Assembly: GCA_017463445.1 (NCBI GenBank)
Contig: JAFTPF010000117.1
Span: 1-58,555 of the forward strand
Length of the DNA: 58,555 bases
Reading direction: 5' to 3'
Source: Clostridia bacterium
GTDB lineage: Bacteria; Bacillota; Clostridia; Oscillospirales; CAG-272
This document shows positions 38,504 through 48,414 of this stretch, one piece after another. Made by a program: the position numbers and the translations under genes. The notes beneath the pieces were generated by a model that had not been told where the DNA came from, searched no databases, and saw nothing but the letters and a program-made list of their open reading frames with translations. Each line of letters starts with the position of its first letter. Within the stretch, counting starts at the first letter, position 1.

Positions 38504-39055
38504 ATGGCAATGGATCTGAATCAGTACGCAGAAGGGATCCGCTGGTATGTGGTTCACACATACTCCGGATACGAGAACAAGGTCAAGACTAATCTGGAGA
38601 AGATCGTCGAGAACCGCGGCCTGCAGGATCTGATCTACGATATCAAGATCCCTACCGAGACCGTGATCGAAGGCGAGGGTGAGGACCGCCGCGAAGTGGA
38701 GGTCAAGCTCTTCCCTAGCTACGTTATGGTCAAGATGATCATGAACGACAAGTCCTGGCACGCTGTCCGCAATATCACCGGCGTTACCGGCTTCGTAGGT
38801 CCCGGAAGCGCGCCCGTCCCCCTCTCTGATGCAGAGGTGGAAGCACTGGGTGTAGAACGCTCCGACGCCCTTCCCAAACTGGGCTACAACGTTGGCGACA
38901 ACGTGCGGATCATCCGTGGTGCGATGAAGGATTTCATCGGACGCGTGGACGAGATCTCTCCCGACTGCAAGAAAATCAAAGTCCTCGCATCCCTCTTCGG
39001 ACGCGAGACCCCCGTGGAACTGGACGCCGACGACGTCGAGCTCTATCGGATGTAA
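38504..39055 (+). CDS. nusG: Transcription termination/antitermination factor NusG
   Basis: 183 aa; WYVVHTYSGYENKV NGN domain and C-terminal KOW. Confidence 0.95.
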   Translation: MAMDLNQYAEGIRWYVVHTYSGYENKVKTNLEKIVENRGLQDLIYDIKIPTETVIEGEGEDRREVEVKLFPSYVMVKMIMNDKSWHAVRNITGVTGFVGPGSAPVPLSDAEVEALGVERSDALPKLGYNVGDNVRIIRGAMKDFIGRVDEISPDCKKIKVLASLFGRETPVELDADDVELYRM

Positions 39056-39093
39056 TCTGCACAGATGTAATCTGCACAGATGTAATCTGTATT
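39049..39093 (+). repeat. 15-bp tandem repeat x3 spanning the nusG stop codon
   Basis: GATGTAATCTGCACA GATGTAATCTGCACA GATGTAATCTGTATT. Confidence 0.9.
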
Positions 39094-39229
39094 TATCGTC
39101 ATCTTTTTCGATACGCGCGCCACGGCTTGCAAGCTCGCAGCAGTGGATTGCCCGTGCGTATTCTGTGGGAGAGGGTAAATTTTGTTTCATGCCCTCGCGT
39201 CAATAACCACATCGGAGGTGTAAATTACT

Positions 39230-39655
39230 ATGGCAAAGAAAATTACCGGCTATATTAAACTTCAGCTGCCCGCAGGCAAAGCACTCCCCGGTCCCCCCGT
39301 CGGTCCTGCTCTGGGTGCGCACAGCGTTTCCATTCCTAACTTCATCAAGGAGTTTAACGAAAGAACCAAGGCTCAGATCGGTCTGATCGTTCCCGTTATC
39401 ATCACCGTTTACGCTGACCGTACCTTCACCTTCATCGTGAAGACTCCTCCCGTACCTGTCCTCATCAAGAAGGCGGCAGGTATTGAGTCCGGCTCCGCAA
39501 CTCCCAACAAGACCAAGGTTGCTTCCCTGACTATGGCTCAGGTAACCGAGATCGCTACTACCAAGATGCCTGACCTGAACGCCGCTTCTCTGGAAGCCGC
39601 TATCAGCATGGTCAAGGGCACCGCACGCAGCATGGGCGTTACCGTGACCGAGTAA
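39230..39655 (+). CDS. rplK: 50S ribosomal protein L11
   Basis: 141 aa; [18 protein letters not shown]...PPVGPALG. Confidence 0.97.
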   Translation: MAKKITGYIKLQLPAGKALPGPPVGPALGAHSVSIPNFIKEFNERTKAQIGLIVPVIITVYADRTFTFIVKTPPVPVLIKKAAGIESGSATPNKTKVASLTMAQVTEIATTKMPDLNAASLEAAISMVKGTARSMGVTVTE

Positions 39656-39672
39656 GATAGGAGGATAGAAGA

Positions 39673-40368
39673 ATGGCTACTAAAGGTAAGAAGTATCAGG
39701 ACAGCGCAAAGCTGGTTGAAAGAACTAAACTGTATGATTCCGCCGAGGCGCTCGGTCTGGTTTGCCAGACTGCCAAGGCTAAGTTCGACGAGACCGTAGA
39801 GGTTCACGTCAGACTGGGCGTTGACTCCCGTCACGCTGACCAGCAGGTCAGAGGCGCTGTTGTCCTCCCCAACGGTACCGGTAAGAAGGTACGCGTACTG
39901 GCTCTGGTAAAGGGCGACAAGGCTGCTGAGGCAACCGCTGCAGGCGCAGACTACGTCGGCGCTGAAGAGTACATCGAAAAGATCCAGAAGGAAAACTGGT
40001 TCGAGTTCGATATCATCGTTACCACTCCCAACATGATGGGTCTGATCGGTCGTCTGGGTCGTGTTCTGGGTCCCAAGGGTCTGATGCCTAACCCCAAGGC
40101 AGGCACCGTTACCATGGAGATCGGCAAGGCTGTTACCGAGGCGAAGGCAGGTAAGATCGAGTACCGTCTGGATAAGTCCAACATTATCCACTGCCCCATC
40201 GGCAAGGTATCCTTCGGCGTTGAGAAGCTGGATGAGAACCTGAATACTCTGATGAGTGCAATCATCAAGGCGAAGCCCGCTGCTGCCAAGGGTCAGTATA
40301 TTAAAAGCTGTGTCCTGGCATCCACTATGGGTCCCGGCGTCAAGGTGAACTCTTCCAAGCTTGGCTAA
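39673..40368 (+). CDS. rplA: 50S ribosomal protein L1
   Basis: 231 aa; canonical L1 sequence ([18 protein letters not shown]). Confidence 0.97.
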   Translation: MATKGKKYQDSAKLVERTKLYDSAEALGLVCQTAKAKFDETVEVHVRLGVDSRHADQQVRGAVVLPNGTGKKVRVLALVKGDKAAEATAAGADYVGAEEYIEKIQKENWFEFDIIVTTPNMMGLIGRLGRVLGPKGLMPNPKAGTVTMEIGKAVTEAKAGKIEYRLDKSNIIHCPIGKVSFGVEKLDENLNTLMSAIIKAKPAAAKGQYIKSCVLASTMGPGVKVNSSKLG

Positions 40369-40376
40369 TTACCAAC

Positions 40377-40404
40377 AAAGGGACTACTATGGTAGTCCCT
40401 TTTT
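40377..40404 (+). terminator. Intrinsic terminator after rplA
   Basis: AAAGGGACTAC-TATG-GTAGTCCCTTT + TTTG. Confidence 0.75.
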
Positions 40405-40442
40405 GATTTTCGAAAACTGTCGACCAAAGGTCTTGTAATAGA

Positions 40443-41288
40443 ATGAATACTAATCAACTGAAACTCATCGACTGCCTCCTTCTGTGGGGCATCTGCTTCC
40501 TGCTTTTCGCCATTGCAGGCGGATTGCTGTCCGGCGTGATCGGCATCTGGGCGTATTATCTTTGTCAGATCGCCACGTTGGTTGCGACGCTGGTGGTAGC
40601 CCGTCGAACCGGCTTCGCCGCGAAAAAACTGCTTGCCGGCGGCGGGCAGTCGGCAGGGCAGACGATGGGCGGTGCGCTGGTGTGGGTCGGGTGTATTTTG
40701 ACGGCGATCCCTGCCTTCCTGTTCTCCCATCTGCTGGTTCCCGGCTTTGCCGTTACCACCTTCCACGTCTATGACTATACCTCCTCCCACTGGGCGGTGG
40801 CGGGGATCATTCTGCTGGCGGGTGTGTGTGAGAGCATTCTCTTTGACGGCTTCCTGTTTCCCCGTCTGCGGGGACTTGGCAAGGAGCGTCCCTGGCTCCC
40901 CTATCTGCTGATCGGACTGCTGGGCGGTCTGTATCACGCCGATCTGTACGTCCTGCTCCCGATGGGGCTGTTCTCGGCAGGGATCGCGTATGTGCGCTCC
41001 AAAGCGGGCGGGATCGCTCTGCCGATGATCCTGCGGATGCTGACCGTGCTGGTCACAACGGCGTATATGCAGGTGTCTGATGCGGGCGAAGAGCTGTTGG
41101 GCGCGTCTATGGGCGCGGTGCAGGTCATCGGCTTTGCGCTGATCTTTATCGGAGCCGCATTCCCTGCCGTGATCTGCGGAGCCCGTTGCCTGGGTGACTT
41201 CAAGGGGCGCTCGCTGTTTGAAAAAGCCTTGGTGATCGCTGTTCCCGTGGTGCTGATCGCATTGGGATCCGGGATCTCTGCGCTTTGA
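40443..41288 (+). CDS. Multi-pass membrane protein, CPBP (CAAX/Abi) intramembrane protease-like
   Basis: 281 aa, ~8 TM; degenerate CPBP motifs (CESILFDGFLFPRL, GGLYHAD). Confidence 0.45.
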   Translation: MNTNQLKLIDCLLLWGICFLLFAIAGGLLSGVIGIWAYYLCQIATLVATLVVARRTGFAAKKLLAGGGQSAGQTMGGALVWVGCILTAIPAFLFSHLLVPGFAVTTFHVYDYTSSHWAVAGIILLAGVCESILFDGFLFPRLRGLGKERPWLPYLLIGLLGGLYHADLYVLLPMGLFSAGIAYVRSKAGGIALPMILRMLTVLVTTAYMQVSDAGEELLGASMGAVQVIGFALIFIGAAFPAVICGARCLGDFKGRSLFEKALVIAVPVVLIALGSGISAL

Positions 41289-41313
41289 TCTATGTAAACG
41301 AAAGGAATTTACG

Positions 41314-42771
41314 ATGAACTATATTACCGAAGGACTTTCTCAGGCAGGCGGAACACCTGCATTGCTTCACTTTTTCGAGGATATCTGCAAGATCCCCCAC
41401 GGCTCGGGCAACGAGCAGGCAATCTCCGACTATCTGATGGAGTTTGCCCGCGCGCGCGGTCTTGCCTGCTATCAGGACGAGGCGCTGAACGTGCTGATCG
41501 TCAAGGAAGCCACTCCCGATTGCGCCGACAAGCCCGCACTGCTTCTGCAGGGACATATGGATATGGTCTGCGAGAAGAATTCCGATGTGGTCCACGACTT
41601 TCTGACCGATCCTATCGTCCCCTATATCGACGGCGATTGGATGCGCGCTCGCGGCACCACTCTCGGCGGCGACGACGGCATTGCCGTTGCCATCATTATG
41701 GCGATCCTGGATGACGACAATATCTCTCATCCTAAGCTGGAATGTCTGATCACCACCGGCGAGGAGACCCGTATGGAGGGCGCGGGCAGGTTCGATTACT
41801 CCCGCATTACTGCCCGTCGGCTGATCAATCTGGATTCCGAGGACGAGGGCGTTGCCACCGCCTCCTGTGCGGGAGGTATGGATCTGATGTATACGCTTCC
41901 CACCGATCGGATCCCCTGTCCAGGCAGACCCATCAAGATCACGGTCAAGGGGCTGGCAGGCGGACATTCGGGTGCCGACATCCACCTTTGCCGCGGCAAT
42001 GCCAACCGCATTATGGGACGGCTGCTGGCAGTGCTGTATGAGGATACCCCCTTCAATCTGGTAACGGTCAATGGCGGAAACAAGCGCAACGCCATCCCCC
42101 GCGAGGCATTTGCAGAGATCTATGTGGACGATCCCAAGGCGGCGACCGCAATCCTCCTTGCCGAAGAAGCCAAGCTGAAAAAGGAGCTTTCCGATGCCGA
42201 TGCAGGCTTCAAGCTGCTGATTGGGAAGGGAACTCCCGCCGACAAAATGCTCACCTACAAGGACAGCTCTACCGTGATCAACCTGCTGACCCTGCTCCCC
42301 GACGGCGTGGTGGCGATGTCTCCCTTCGTGGAGGGCTTCGTCCGCACCTCCTCCAACACCGGCGTGGTGACCACCACTCCCAAGGCGGTGCAGGTTGCCG
42401 TGATGGCGCGCTCCTCCTCGGACAGCGAAATGGATGCCCTGACCCGCACCTTTAAGCGGCTTGCCAAGGCGCTGGGCGTTGAGATGGTCATCGAAGATCG
42501 CCACGCAGGATGGGATTTTGATCCGAACTCCAAGCTGGCAACCGACTTCGTGGAGGTGTACCGCGAGACCTTCGGCGCGGATTCCACCCCCGTGGTCAAT
42601 GCTATCCACGCAGGTCTGGAGTGCGGCATCATCGTCTCGGCCCTGAACGGCGAGTGCGACGCCATCTCCATCGGTCCCACTCTCCGTGACATCCACACCC
42701 CCGACGAGGCGCTGTATATCCCCAGCTGTGAGCGTCTGTGGACACTGCTGCTGAATTTGATGAAGAAATAA
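41314..42771 (+). CDS. pepD: Aminoacyl-histidine dipeptidase
   Basis: 485 aa; IPHGSGNEQAISDYL, LQGHMDMVCEKN, M20 metal ligands. Confidence 0.9.
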   Translation: MNYITEGLSQAGGTPALLHFFEDICKIPHGSGNEQAISDYLMEFARARGLACYQDEALNVLIVKEATPDCADKPALLLQGHMDMVCEKNSDVVHDFLTDPIVPYIDGDWMRARGTTLGGDDGIAVAIIMAILDDDNISHPKLECLITTGEETRMEGAGRFDYSRITARRLINLDSEDEGVATASCAGGMDLMYTLPTDRIPCPGRPIKITVKGLAGGHSGADIHLCRGNANRIMGRLLAVLYEDTPFNLVTVNGGNKRNAIPREAFAEIYVDDPKAATAILLAEEAKLKKELSDADAGFKLLIGKGTPADKMLTYKDSSTVINLLTLLPDGVVAMSPFVEGFVRTSSNTGVVTTTPKAVQVAVMARSSSDSEMDALTRTFKRLAKALGVEMVIEDRHAGWDFDPNSKLATDFVEVYRETFGADSTPVVNAIHAGLECGIIVSALNGECDAISIGPTLRDIHTPDEALYIPSCERLWTLLLNLMKK

Positions 42772-42798
42772 CGGCGCAGGGTTCCACCCCGCACCCCG

Positions 42799-43057
42799 GT
42801 CGCTTTTTGAAAAAAGCGACGCAAAAACTTCTATATAAGCCCCGCAAATACTTGCGGGGCAAACTCAACTCGTCATTCAAGACACATTAGAGGTCTGCAA
42901 GTATTTGCCGACCTTTTCAAAAGTTCTTGAGGGAGTTTGAGGGAACTTCTTTCAAGAAGTTTCCTCAAGAAAAAACATGCGGCGCAAGCATTTGCGACGC
43001 TTTTTCGGAAGTTTTTGAGGGGTTTTAGGGGAACTTTATTCAAAAAGTTCCCCTAAG
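42799..43057. repeat. Cluster of four tripartite elements filling the pepD/dpaB convergent spacer
   Basis: Units at 42799-42860 (+), 42892-42969 (-), 42979-43057 (-), each hairpin A + CTCAA(G/A)AACTT tail + hairpin E (..GCAA(A/G)TA(C/T)TTGC..). Confidence 0.7.
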
Positions 43058-43060
43058 TCG

Positions 43061-43621
43061 TTACTTTACGAGCAGCGGCTGCAGTTGGCGTCCTTCCAGA
43101 GCGGCGGCGATCGTTTCGGGGATCCGATCGAAATCGCAGACCATGCTGTGAGGCTTGGATTGGGGATCGTCCTGTCCCAGGGGGACGAAATAGATGTTTT
43201 TTCGCTCCAGCAGCGTGCCGATGTTGCGGAGATTTGCCGACAGGGCGTCGTTGCTGGCAAGGGCGATGATCAGCGGTCTGCCGTTGCGCAGATGCGCCTT
43301 TGCCGCCATGGTCACCGAGGTGTCGGTGATGCCGTTTGCCATCTTGGCCAGCGTGTTGCCGGTGCAGGGCGCGATCACCAGAGCCTCCAGCGGGATCGTG
43401 GGACCCAGCGGCTCAGCTTCGGCGATGGTGGTCAGGGGCTTCCTTCCGCTGATGGTCTCCATCAGAGAGAGAAAATCGGCGGCCTTACCGAAGCGGGTGT
43501 CGGTGACTGCTACCACGGGACTGACGATGGGCAGCAGTTCATAGGACTTCGACAGGACTTCCATCTGCCGCATAGTGCGGGAGAGGGTGCAGAAGGAGCC
43601 GCAGCAGGCGTATCCGATCAT
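43061..43621 (-). CDS. dpaB: Dipicolinate synthase subunit B
   Basis: MIGYACCGSFCT flavoprotein-like N-terminus; ATGA overlap with dpaA stop; the track start 43660 is upstream. Confidence 0.85.
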   Translation of the reverse strand: MIGYACCGSFCTLSRTMRQMEVLSKSYELLPIVSPVVAVTDTRFGKAADFLSLMETISGRKPLTTIAEAEPLGPTIPLEALVIAPCTGNTLAKMANGITDTSVTMAAKAHLRNGRPLIIALASNDALSANLRNIGTLLERKNIYFVPLGQDDPQSKPHSMVCDFDRIPETIAAALEGRQLQPLLVK

Positions 43622-44469
43622 ACGATCCCCTCCTTTTCGCGCAGGTGTGACAGGATGCACTCGCCAAACAGCCGTCCTGCAAATCGGGGCGCGTATTTGG
43701 CGGGGAGCGCCGCCGCGCGGATCACGCGGGGAGCGTCCGCGGGGGCGTAGACGGGGGCAAGATCGATGACCGTGCCGCCCGTTGGCAGCAGCTTGGCAAA
43801 GTCAAAGAGGGGCGCAGGGATCGTGTTGAAGATCAGCGGTGTGTCGGCAAGCATCGAGGGAGCGTCGGTCAGCGAATATGCCGCACATCCTTCCGCTGTC
43901 GCCTCCGCTCGTGCGCCGGCTTTGCGGGCGATGACCGTGACGCGCGCCCCCATCGCCGTCAGCAGGCGGGAGAGATGCTTTGCGATCCGTCCGTAGCCAA
44001 GGATGGTGCAGTCGCTATCGGAAAGCAGATCGGAGGTCTCGGTGATCGCCAGCGCGACTGCACCCTCTGCCGTGGCAAGGGCGTTGGGGAGTGCGAATCG
44101 CTCGTCGGTGAGGCAGTCGTAGAGCGCGCATCCCCTGGCGCGGATCGCGTCGCTCCACCCAGCGGGAAAGCCGCCGCCTGCTACCGTTTGCCCCTTTCGG
44201 AGCGCGGAGACGATTCCGTCCAAGGGAATCGGCTGTGTTGCCATAGGCGCGTTTAAGGTGATCCCGTCTCGGCTGACGGGGATCGGGAGAACGATCATCT
44301 CGGCGGCAAAGACGAGTTGATCAATGGGCAGAGAAGGCGGCGCACCACCGTCCTGACCGAATAAAGTGACGGTGCAGCCCGCCTGCTCCAATATTTTTGC
44401 GGTATGCACCATCCGTCCGTCCCCACCCGGAATAAACGCCGTGAGGGGGATCTTTTGAGTTTCCATCAT
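43618..44469 (-). CDS. dpaA: Dipicolinate synthase subunit A
   Basis: 283 aa; dehydrogenase-like fold with ILGYGRIAKHL NAD motif; dpaA-dpaB synteny. Confidence 0.85.
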   Translation of the reverse strand: MMETQKIPLTAFIPGGDGRMVHTAKILEQAGCTVTLFGQDGGAPPSLPIDQLVFAAEMIVLPIPVSRDGITLNAPMATQPIPLDGIVSALRKGQTVAGGGFPAGWSDAIRARGCALYDCLTDERFALPNALATAEGAVALAITETSDLLSDSDCTILGYGRIAKHLSRLLTAMGARVTVIARKAGARAEATAEGCAAYSLTDAPSMLADTPLIFNTIPAPLFDFAKLLPTGGTVIDLAPVYAPADAPRVIRAAALPAKYAPRFAGRLFGECILSHLREKEGIV

Positions 44470-44575
44470 TCTATATATACCTTCCTCCGTAAATTCGAGG
44501 GTGGATACGCTGATGCGGGATCGAAACAGTATCCGCTATCAGTGTATGAACGAGGGGTGGGATCGGTGCAAAATA

Positions 44576-44652
44576 AAAAGACGGCAAGTAGGTTGCCGTC
44601 TTTTATAAAAGTTTTGAAGATTCCCAAGGGACTTTTACAAAAGTCCCTTGGG
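44576..44652 (-). repeat. Tripartite 3' element after the histidine kinase stop
   Basis: Minus strand: CCCAAGGGACTTTTGTAAAAGTCCCTTGGG + AATCTTCAAAACTT + AAAAGACGGCAA-N5-TTGCCGTCTTTT. Confidence 0.65.
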
Positions 44653-44678
44653 CTGGGTACGGGGTGGAACCCCGTCTG

Positions 44679-46055
44679 CTATTCCTTGATTGCCGGCAGC
44701 TTTACACAGAAGAGTGCCCACTGACCCTCTTCACTTTCTGCCCAGATCTTGCCTTTGTAGCCTTCCACGATGCGCTCGGCGATGGAGAGTCCCAGACCCG
44801 AGCCGCCGGTCAGCCGCGCGCGGGAGGGATCCACCCGATAGAATCGGCGGAAGATGTTTTGCAGCTCGGAGGCGGGGATGCCTCTGCCCGTGTTGCGACA
44901 GGTGATCAGCAGATCGCCGTGAGAGCGGGAAAGCCTCAGATCGATCCGACCGCCCTCGAAGGTGTTCTTCAGCGCGTTGTCCAAAAGGATCAGCAGGACG
45001 CGCTTGAGATCGTCGGGATTGCCGATGAAATTGATGCCTTCCTCCACGTCGGTCTCCAGCATGATGCCTGCATCCAGCGCATTAGCCTCCATCAGAAGTC
45101 CGGCTTCCTCCACAGTATCGCTGAGGGAGAAGGTCACCGCTACCTGATCGCCCCGAGCAGGGGTGTCACCTTTGGCAAGGGTCAGCATATCGTTTACCAG
45201 AATTCGCATATCAGCCGCTTCTTCGGCGATATAGGAGAGCCATTTGTCCTGTTTGGCGATGGTATCGTCGGGACAGCCCCGAATCGCTTCGATGTTGGTA
45301 GTGATCACCGCCAGCGGCGTCTTCAGCTCGTGAGAGGCGTCATGGACGAATTGCTGCTGCTGTTTCCAGCTGTTCTCCAGCGGCTTGATGGCACGACCGG
45401 AGAGATAGTAGCTAAGACAAAGCAGCAGAATGATCGCCACCGCGCCGATACTGCCCAAAATCAGCAGCAATTGATTGATGCTGGCGGTATCGCCGTCGCA
45501 GTTGACCATCAGACAGAGGGATTGCTCATCTATCGAATAGCACTTGTAGCGGAAGGAGGTTCCGTCCAGCTTGACGGTTCCCTCGCCGTCGGGGGATTCG
45601 CCCAGGAACTCCTCCAGCGCCGTGCCTACCGAATCCGCATAGTCGCTGTCGGTGACGCCGTCCTGCAGGATCCGCAGGATCTTTCCATCGGGATCAACGA
45701 AGATGGAGACTACGTGCTCCAACAGGATGGCGTCCAGATGAACGTCTCCGTGGCGGAGCAACCATTCCTGCTTGCGCAGGTTCTCGGCTTCAGGGGAGGC
45801 GCCGAAGCCGGCGTTCATCCCCGAATCATCGGCGGCGGGAGGGGTGGATGGCTTGACGACGGTGCCGCTCTTGACATAATGCCCGGTTCGGATCAGATCG
45901 GCGGTGTAATCCAGCACGGCTTCGCTTCGCTGCATCAGAGAGTGGGACATTGCGGCAAATACTGCCACGCAGACGATCACCAAAAACAGCAAAAGCAGGC
46001 TCATGCTGATGGCGATGAACCTCAGTCGAAGCCGCCAGAACGGGCCTCGGTTCAT
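44679..46055 (-). CDS. Sensor histidine kinase
   Basis: 458 aa; 2 TM, H-box FVHDASHELKTPL, N/G boxes (LDNALKNT, GSGLGLSI). Confidence 0.9.
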   Translation of the reverse strand: MNRGPFWRLRLRFIAISMSLLLLFLVIVCVAVFAAMSHSLMQRSEAVLDYTADLIRTGHYVKSGTVVKPSTPPAADDSGMNAGFGASPEAENLRKQEWLLRHGDVHLDAILLEHVVSIFVDPDGKILRILQDGVTDSDYADSVGTALEEFLGESPDGEGTVKLDGTSFRYKCYSIDEQSLCLMVNCDGDTASINQLLLILGSIGAVAIILLLCLSYYLSGRAIKPLENSWKQQQQFVHDASHELKTPLAVITTNIEAIRGCPDDTIAKQDKWLSYIAEEAADMRILVNDMLTLAKGDTPARGDQVAVTFSLSDTVEEAGLLMEANALDAGIMLETDVEEGINFIGNPDDLKRVLLILLDNALKNTFEGGRIDLRLSRSHGDLLITCRNTGRGIPASELQNIFRRFYRVDPSRARLTGGSGLGLSIAERIVEGYKGKIWAESEEGQWALFCVKLPAIKE

Positions 46056-46735
46056 TCGAAGGTGCCGGGATAGAGGTTATAGCCCACGCCGCGGACGGTG
46101 CAGATGCTGACGTTTGCGTGGATGTGCTTGAGTTTCTTGCGGAGCAGGGAAATGTAGACCTCTACGTTGTTGTATTCAGCGTCGGTGTCGTAGCCCCATA
46201 TCTTTACCAGGATCTCTTCCTTGGAAACGATGCGCTTACCGCTGCGCATCAGCATTTCGGCAATGCCCATCTCCTTCAGACCCAGACGGATGCCGCGGTC
46301 GCCGCAGCACAGCTCGTAGGTGGAGAGATTCAGGGTGGCGTCGGAGAAGGAGAGCACGGTCTCGGGGATCAGCTCGGCGTTGCGGCGGGAGAGGGCACGG
46401 ATGCGCGCCATCAGCTCCTCGCTCTGGAAGGGCTTGGTGATGTAGTCGTCGGCGCCTGCATCCAGACCGTTGACCTTGTCGCTCAGGTCGTCCTTTGCGG
46501 TCAGCAGGATCACAGGAATGGTGATGCCGGAGGAGCGCAGACGGCGGAGCAGATCCATACCGTTCATCTTGGGCAACATGATGTCCAGCAGGATCATGTT
46601 GTAAATGCCCGACATGGCCATGTCCAGGCCTGTTTCACCGTCGGTAGCGATGTCACAGCCGTAACGGTTTTTGGCGAGGATCTGGGACAGTGCCTCGGCC
46701 AGCTTCAGTTCGTCTTCTACGATCAGAATACGCAT
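46052..46735 (-). CDS. OmpR/PhoB-family response regulator
   Basis: 227 aa; MRILIVEDE receiver, winged-helix C-terminus; overlaps the kinase start. Confidence 0.95.
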   Translation of the reverse strand: MRILIVEDELKLAEALSQILAKNRYGCDIATDGETGLDMAMSGIYNMILLDIMLPKMNGMDLLRRLRSSGITIPVILLTAKDDLSDKVNGLDAGADDYITKPFQSEELMARIRALSRRNAELIPETVLSFSDATLNLSTYELCCGDRGIRLGLKEMGIAEMLMRSGKRIVSKEEILVKIWGYDTDAEYNNVEVYISLLRKKLKHIHANVSICTVRGVGYNLYPGTFE

Positions 46736-46855
46736 AATGTAATATCTCCTTTCAGATATACAGGTTTGAAAATATTATACCGCAAAATATTGAAATCAAT
46801 CTGAAAATCGTCACCCAAATGTGAATTTCGGGTGACGATTCGAAGAAAAATTATT

Positions 46856-48217
46856 TTATCTTTCTGAAAGCGGGTGATACGGCTGTTCATCGATGACGCT
46901 GAGGTAGGCGGGGCGGATGATCTTGCCTCCGCTGATCAGCTCTTCCAAGCGGTGTGCGCTCCAGCCTGCCACACGGGCGGTAGCGAAGAGAGGAGTAAAG
47001 AGCTCCATAGGCAGTCCCAGCATCCGATAAGCAAAGCCGCTGTAGAAGTCCACGTTGGCACTGACCGGCTTTAACAGCTTGCGCTCCTGCGCCATCAGGC
47101 GGGGCGCCATTTCCTCGACCTTCTCGTAGAGGGCGAATTCCTTTTGATAACCCAGCTCCTCGGACAGCTCTCTGACGTACTGCTTGAGTAGACGGCAACG
47201 GGGGTCGGAGATGGTATAAACGGCGTGTCCCATACCGTAGATGAGACCGGAATGGTCAAATCCCTTCTTTCGCAGAAGACCGGTCAGATATTCCTCGATC
47301 TGCCGGTCATCGCTCCAGTCGGATACGTTTCGCTTGAGATCCTCAAACATCTGTACTACCTTGATGTTGGCACCGCCGTGCTTGGGACCCTTCAGGGAGC
47401 AGAGCGCGGCAGCCATGGCAGAGTAGGTGTCGGTGCCGGAGGAGGTGACCACGTGCATGGTGAAGGTGGAGTTGTTACCGCCGCCGTGTTCCGCGTGGAG
47501 AGTGAGGGCGGCATCCAGCAGCTGTGCTTCCAGCTCGCTGTACTTGCCATTGGGGCGGAGCATATAGAGAATGTTCTCTGCGATGGAAAGATCCTCGCGG
47601 GGAGGAGCGATGTATAGGGGCTTGTCCAGCCGATAGTGACGGAAGGCGTGATAGCTGTAGACCGCCAGCAGAGGAGTGACGGCGATCAAATCGATGCACT
47701 GACGGGTGACATTGTCGATGGAGGTATCGCCCGCGCGTTTGTCGTAGGAGGAAAGGGTCATGATGCAACGCACCAGCGAGCTCATAATGTCGGCGGTGGG
47801 TACCTTCATAATGACGTCGCGGACGAAGTTTTTGGGCAGCCTGCGCTGAGTAGACAGGATGTCGGTGAAGGTCGCCAGCTCTTCCGCATCGGGCAGCTTG
47901 CCGAAGAGGAGAAGGAAAACGGTCTCCTCAAAGCCGTAGCGTCCCTCGCGGCGGGCACCGGCGATGAGATCGTTAACATTGACGCCGCGGTAATAGAGTC
48001 TGCCGTCGGCGGGGACCAGCTTGCCGTCCACTTCTTTGTGCTGCAGGACGGTGGCAATCTGGGTCAGACCGGTGAGGACGCCCTTGCCCTCCTTGTCACG
48101 GAGACCGCGCTTGACGTCGTATTTCTGATAGAGAGAGGAGTCGATGGTGGAGTTATCCTGGCAAAGCTTTGCCAGCTTGGAGAATTCGAAAGACAGTTCG
48201 CTTGCACTTTTTTTCAT
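46856..48217 (-). CDS. Citrate (or 2-methylcitrate) synthase
   Basis: 453 aa; HAEHGGGNNSTF and GMGHAVY motifs. Confidence 0.9.
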   Translation of the reverse strand: MKKSASELSFEFSKLAKLCQDNSTIDSSLYQKYDVKRGLRDKEGKGVLTGLTQIATVLQHKEVDGKLVPADGRLYYRGVNVNDLIAGARREGRYGFEETVFLLLFGKLPDAEELATFTDILSTQRRLPKNFVRDVIMKVPTADIMSSLVRCIMTLSSYDKRAGDTSIDNVTRQCIDLIAVTPLLAVYSYHAFRHYRLDKPLYIAPPREDLSIAENILYMLRPNGKYSELEAQLLDAALTLHAEHGGGNNSTFTMHVVTSSGTDTYSAMAAALCSLKGPKHGGANIKVVQMFEDLKRNVSDWSDDRQIEEYLTGLLRKKGFDHSGLIYGMGHAVYTISDPRCRLLKQYVRELSEELGYQKEFALYEKVEEMAPRLMAQERKLLKPVSANVDFYSGFAYRMLGLPMELFTPLFATARVAGWSAHRLEELISGGKIIRPAYLSVIDEQPYHPLSER

Positions 48218-48345
48218 CGTGTGAAGCCTCGTTTCGCAATGTATATTTACTCCATATTATAGCATAGGAAGCGGCGTTTGTAAATGGTAAAAGTGATGAT
48301 TTTCGACCGTATTTCCGATTTTCGATGGGTAAATTTGCAGGATTT

Positions 48346-48403
48346 CCCCGCAGAAGTCTCAATTGGGGCTTCTGCGTAGCTCACAATTTGGGCTTCTGCG
48401 GGG
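48346..48403 (-). promoter_or_regulatory. Direct repeat plus inverted partner able to form two mutually exclusive hairpins
   Basis: CCCCGCAGAAG (48346-48356) can pair with CTTCTGCG (48369-48376) or CTTCTGCGGGG (48393-48403); CAATTNGGGCTTCTGCG occurs twice. Confidence 0.35.
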
Positions 48404-48414
48404 ACGGCGGGAGG

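Noticed and set aside
44541-44577. Sigma-K-type promoter (AC-17-CATACACTG) upstream of dpaA.
   Set aside because: It is plausible biologically, but the match is weak and rests on a short degenerate consensus, so it is not reported as a feature.
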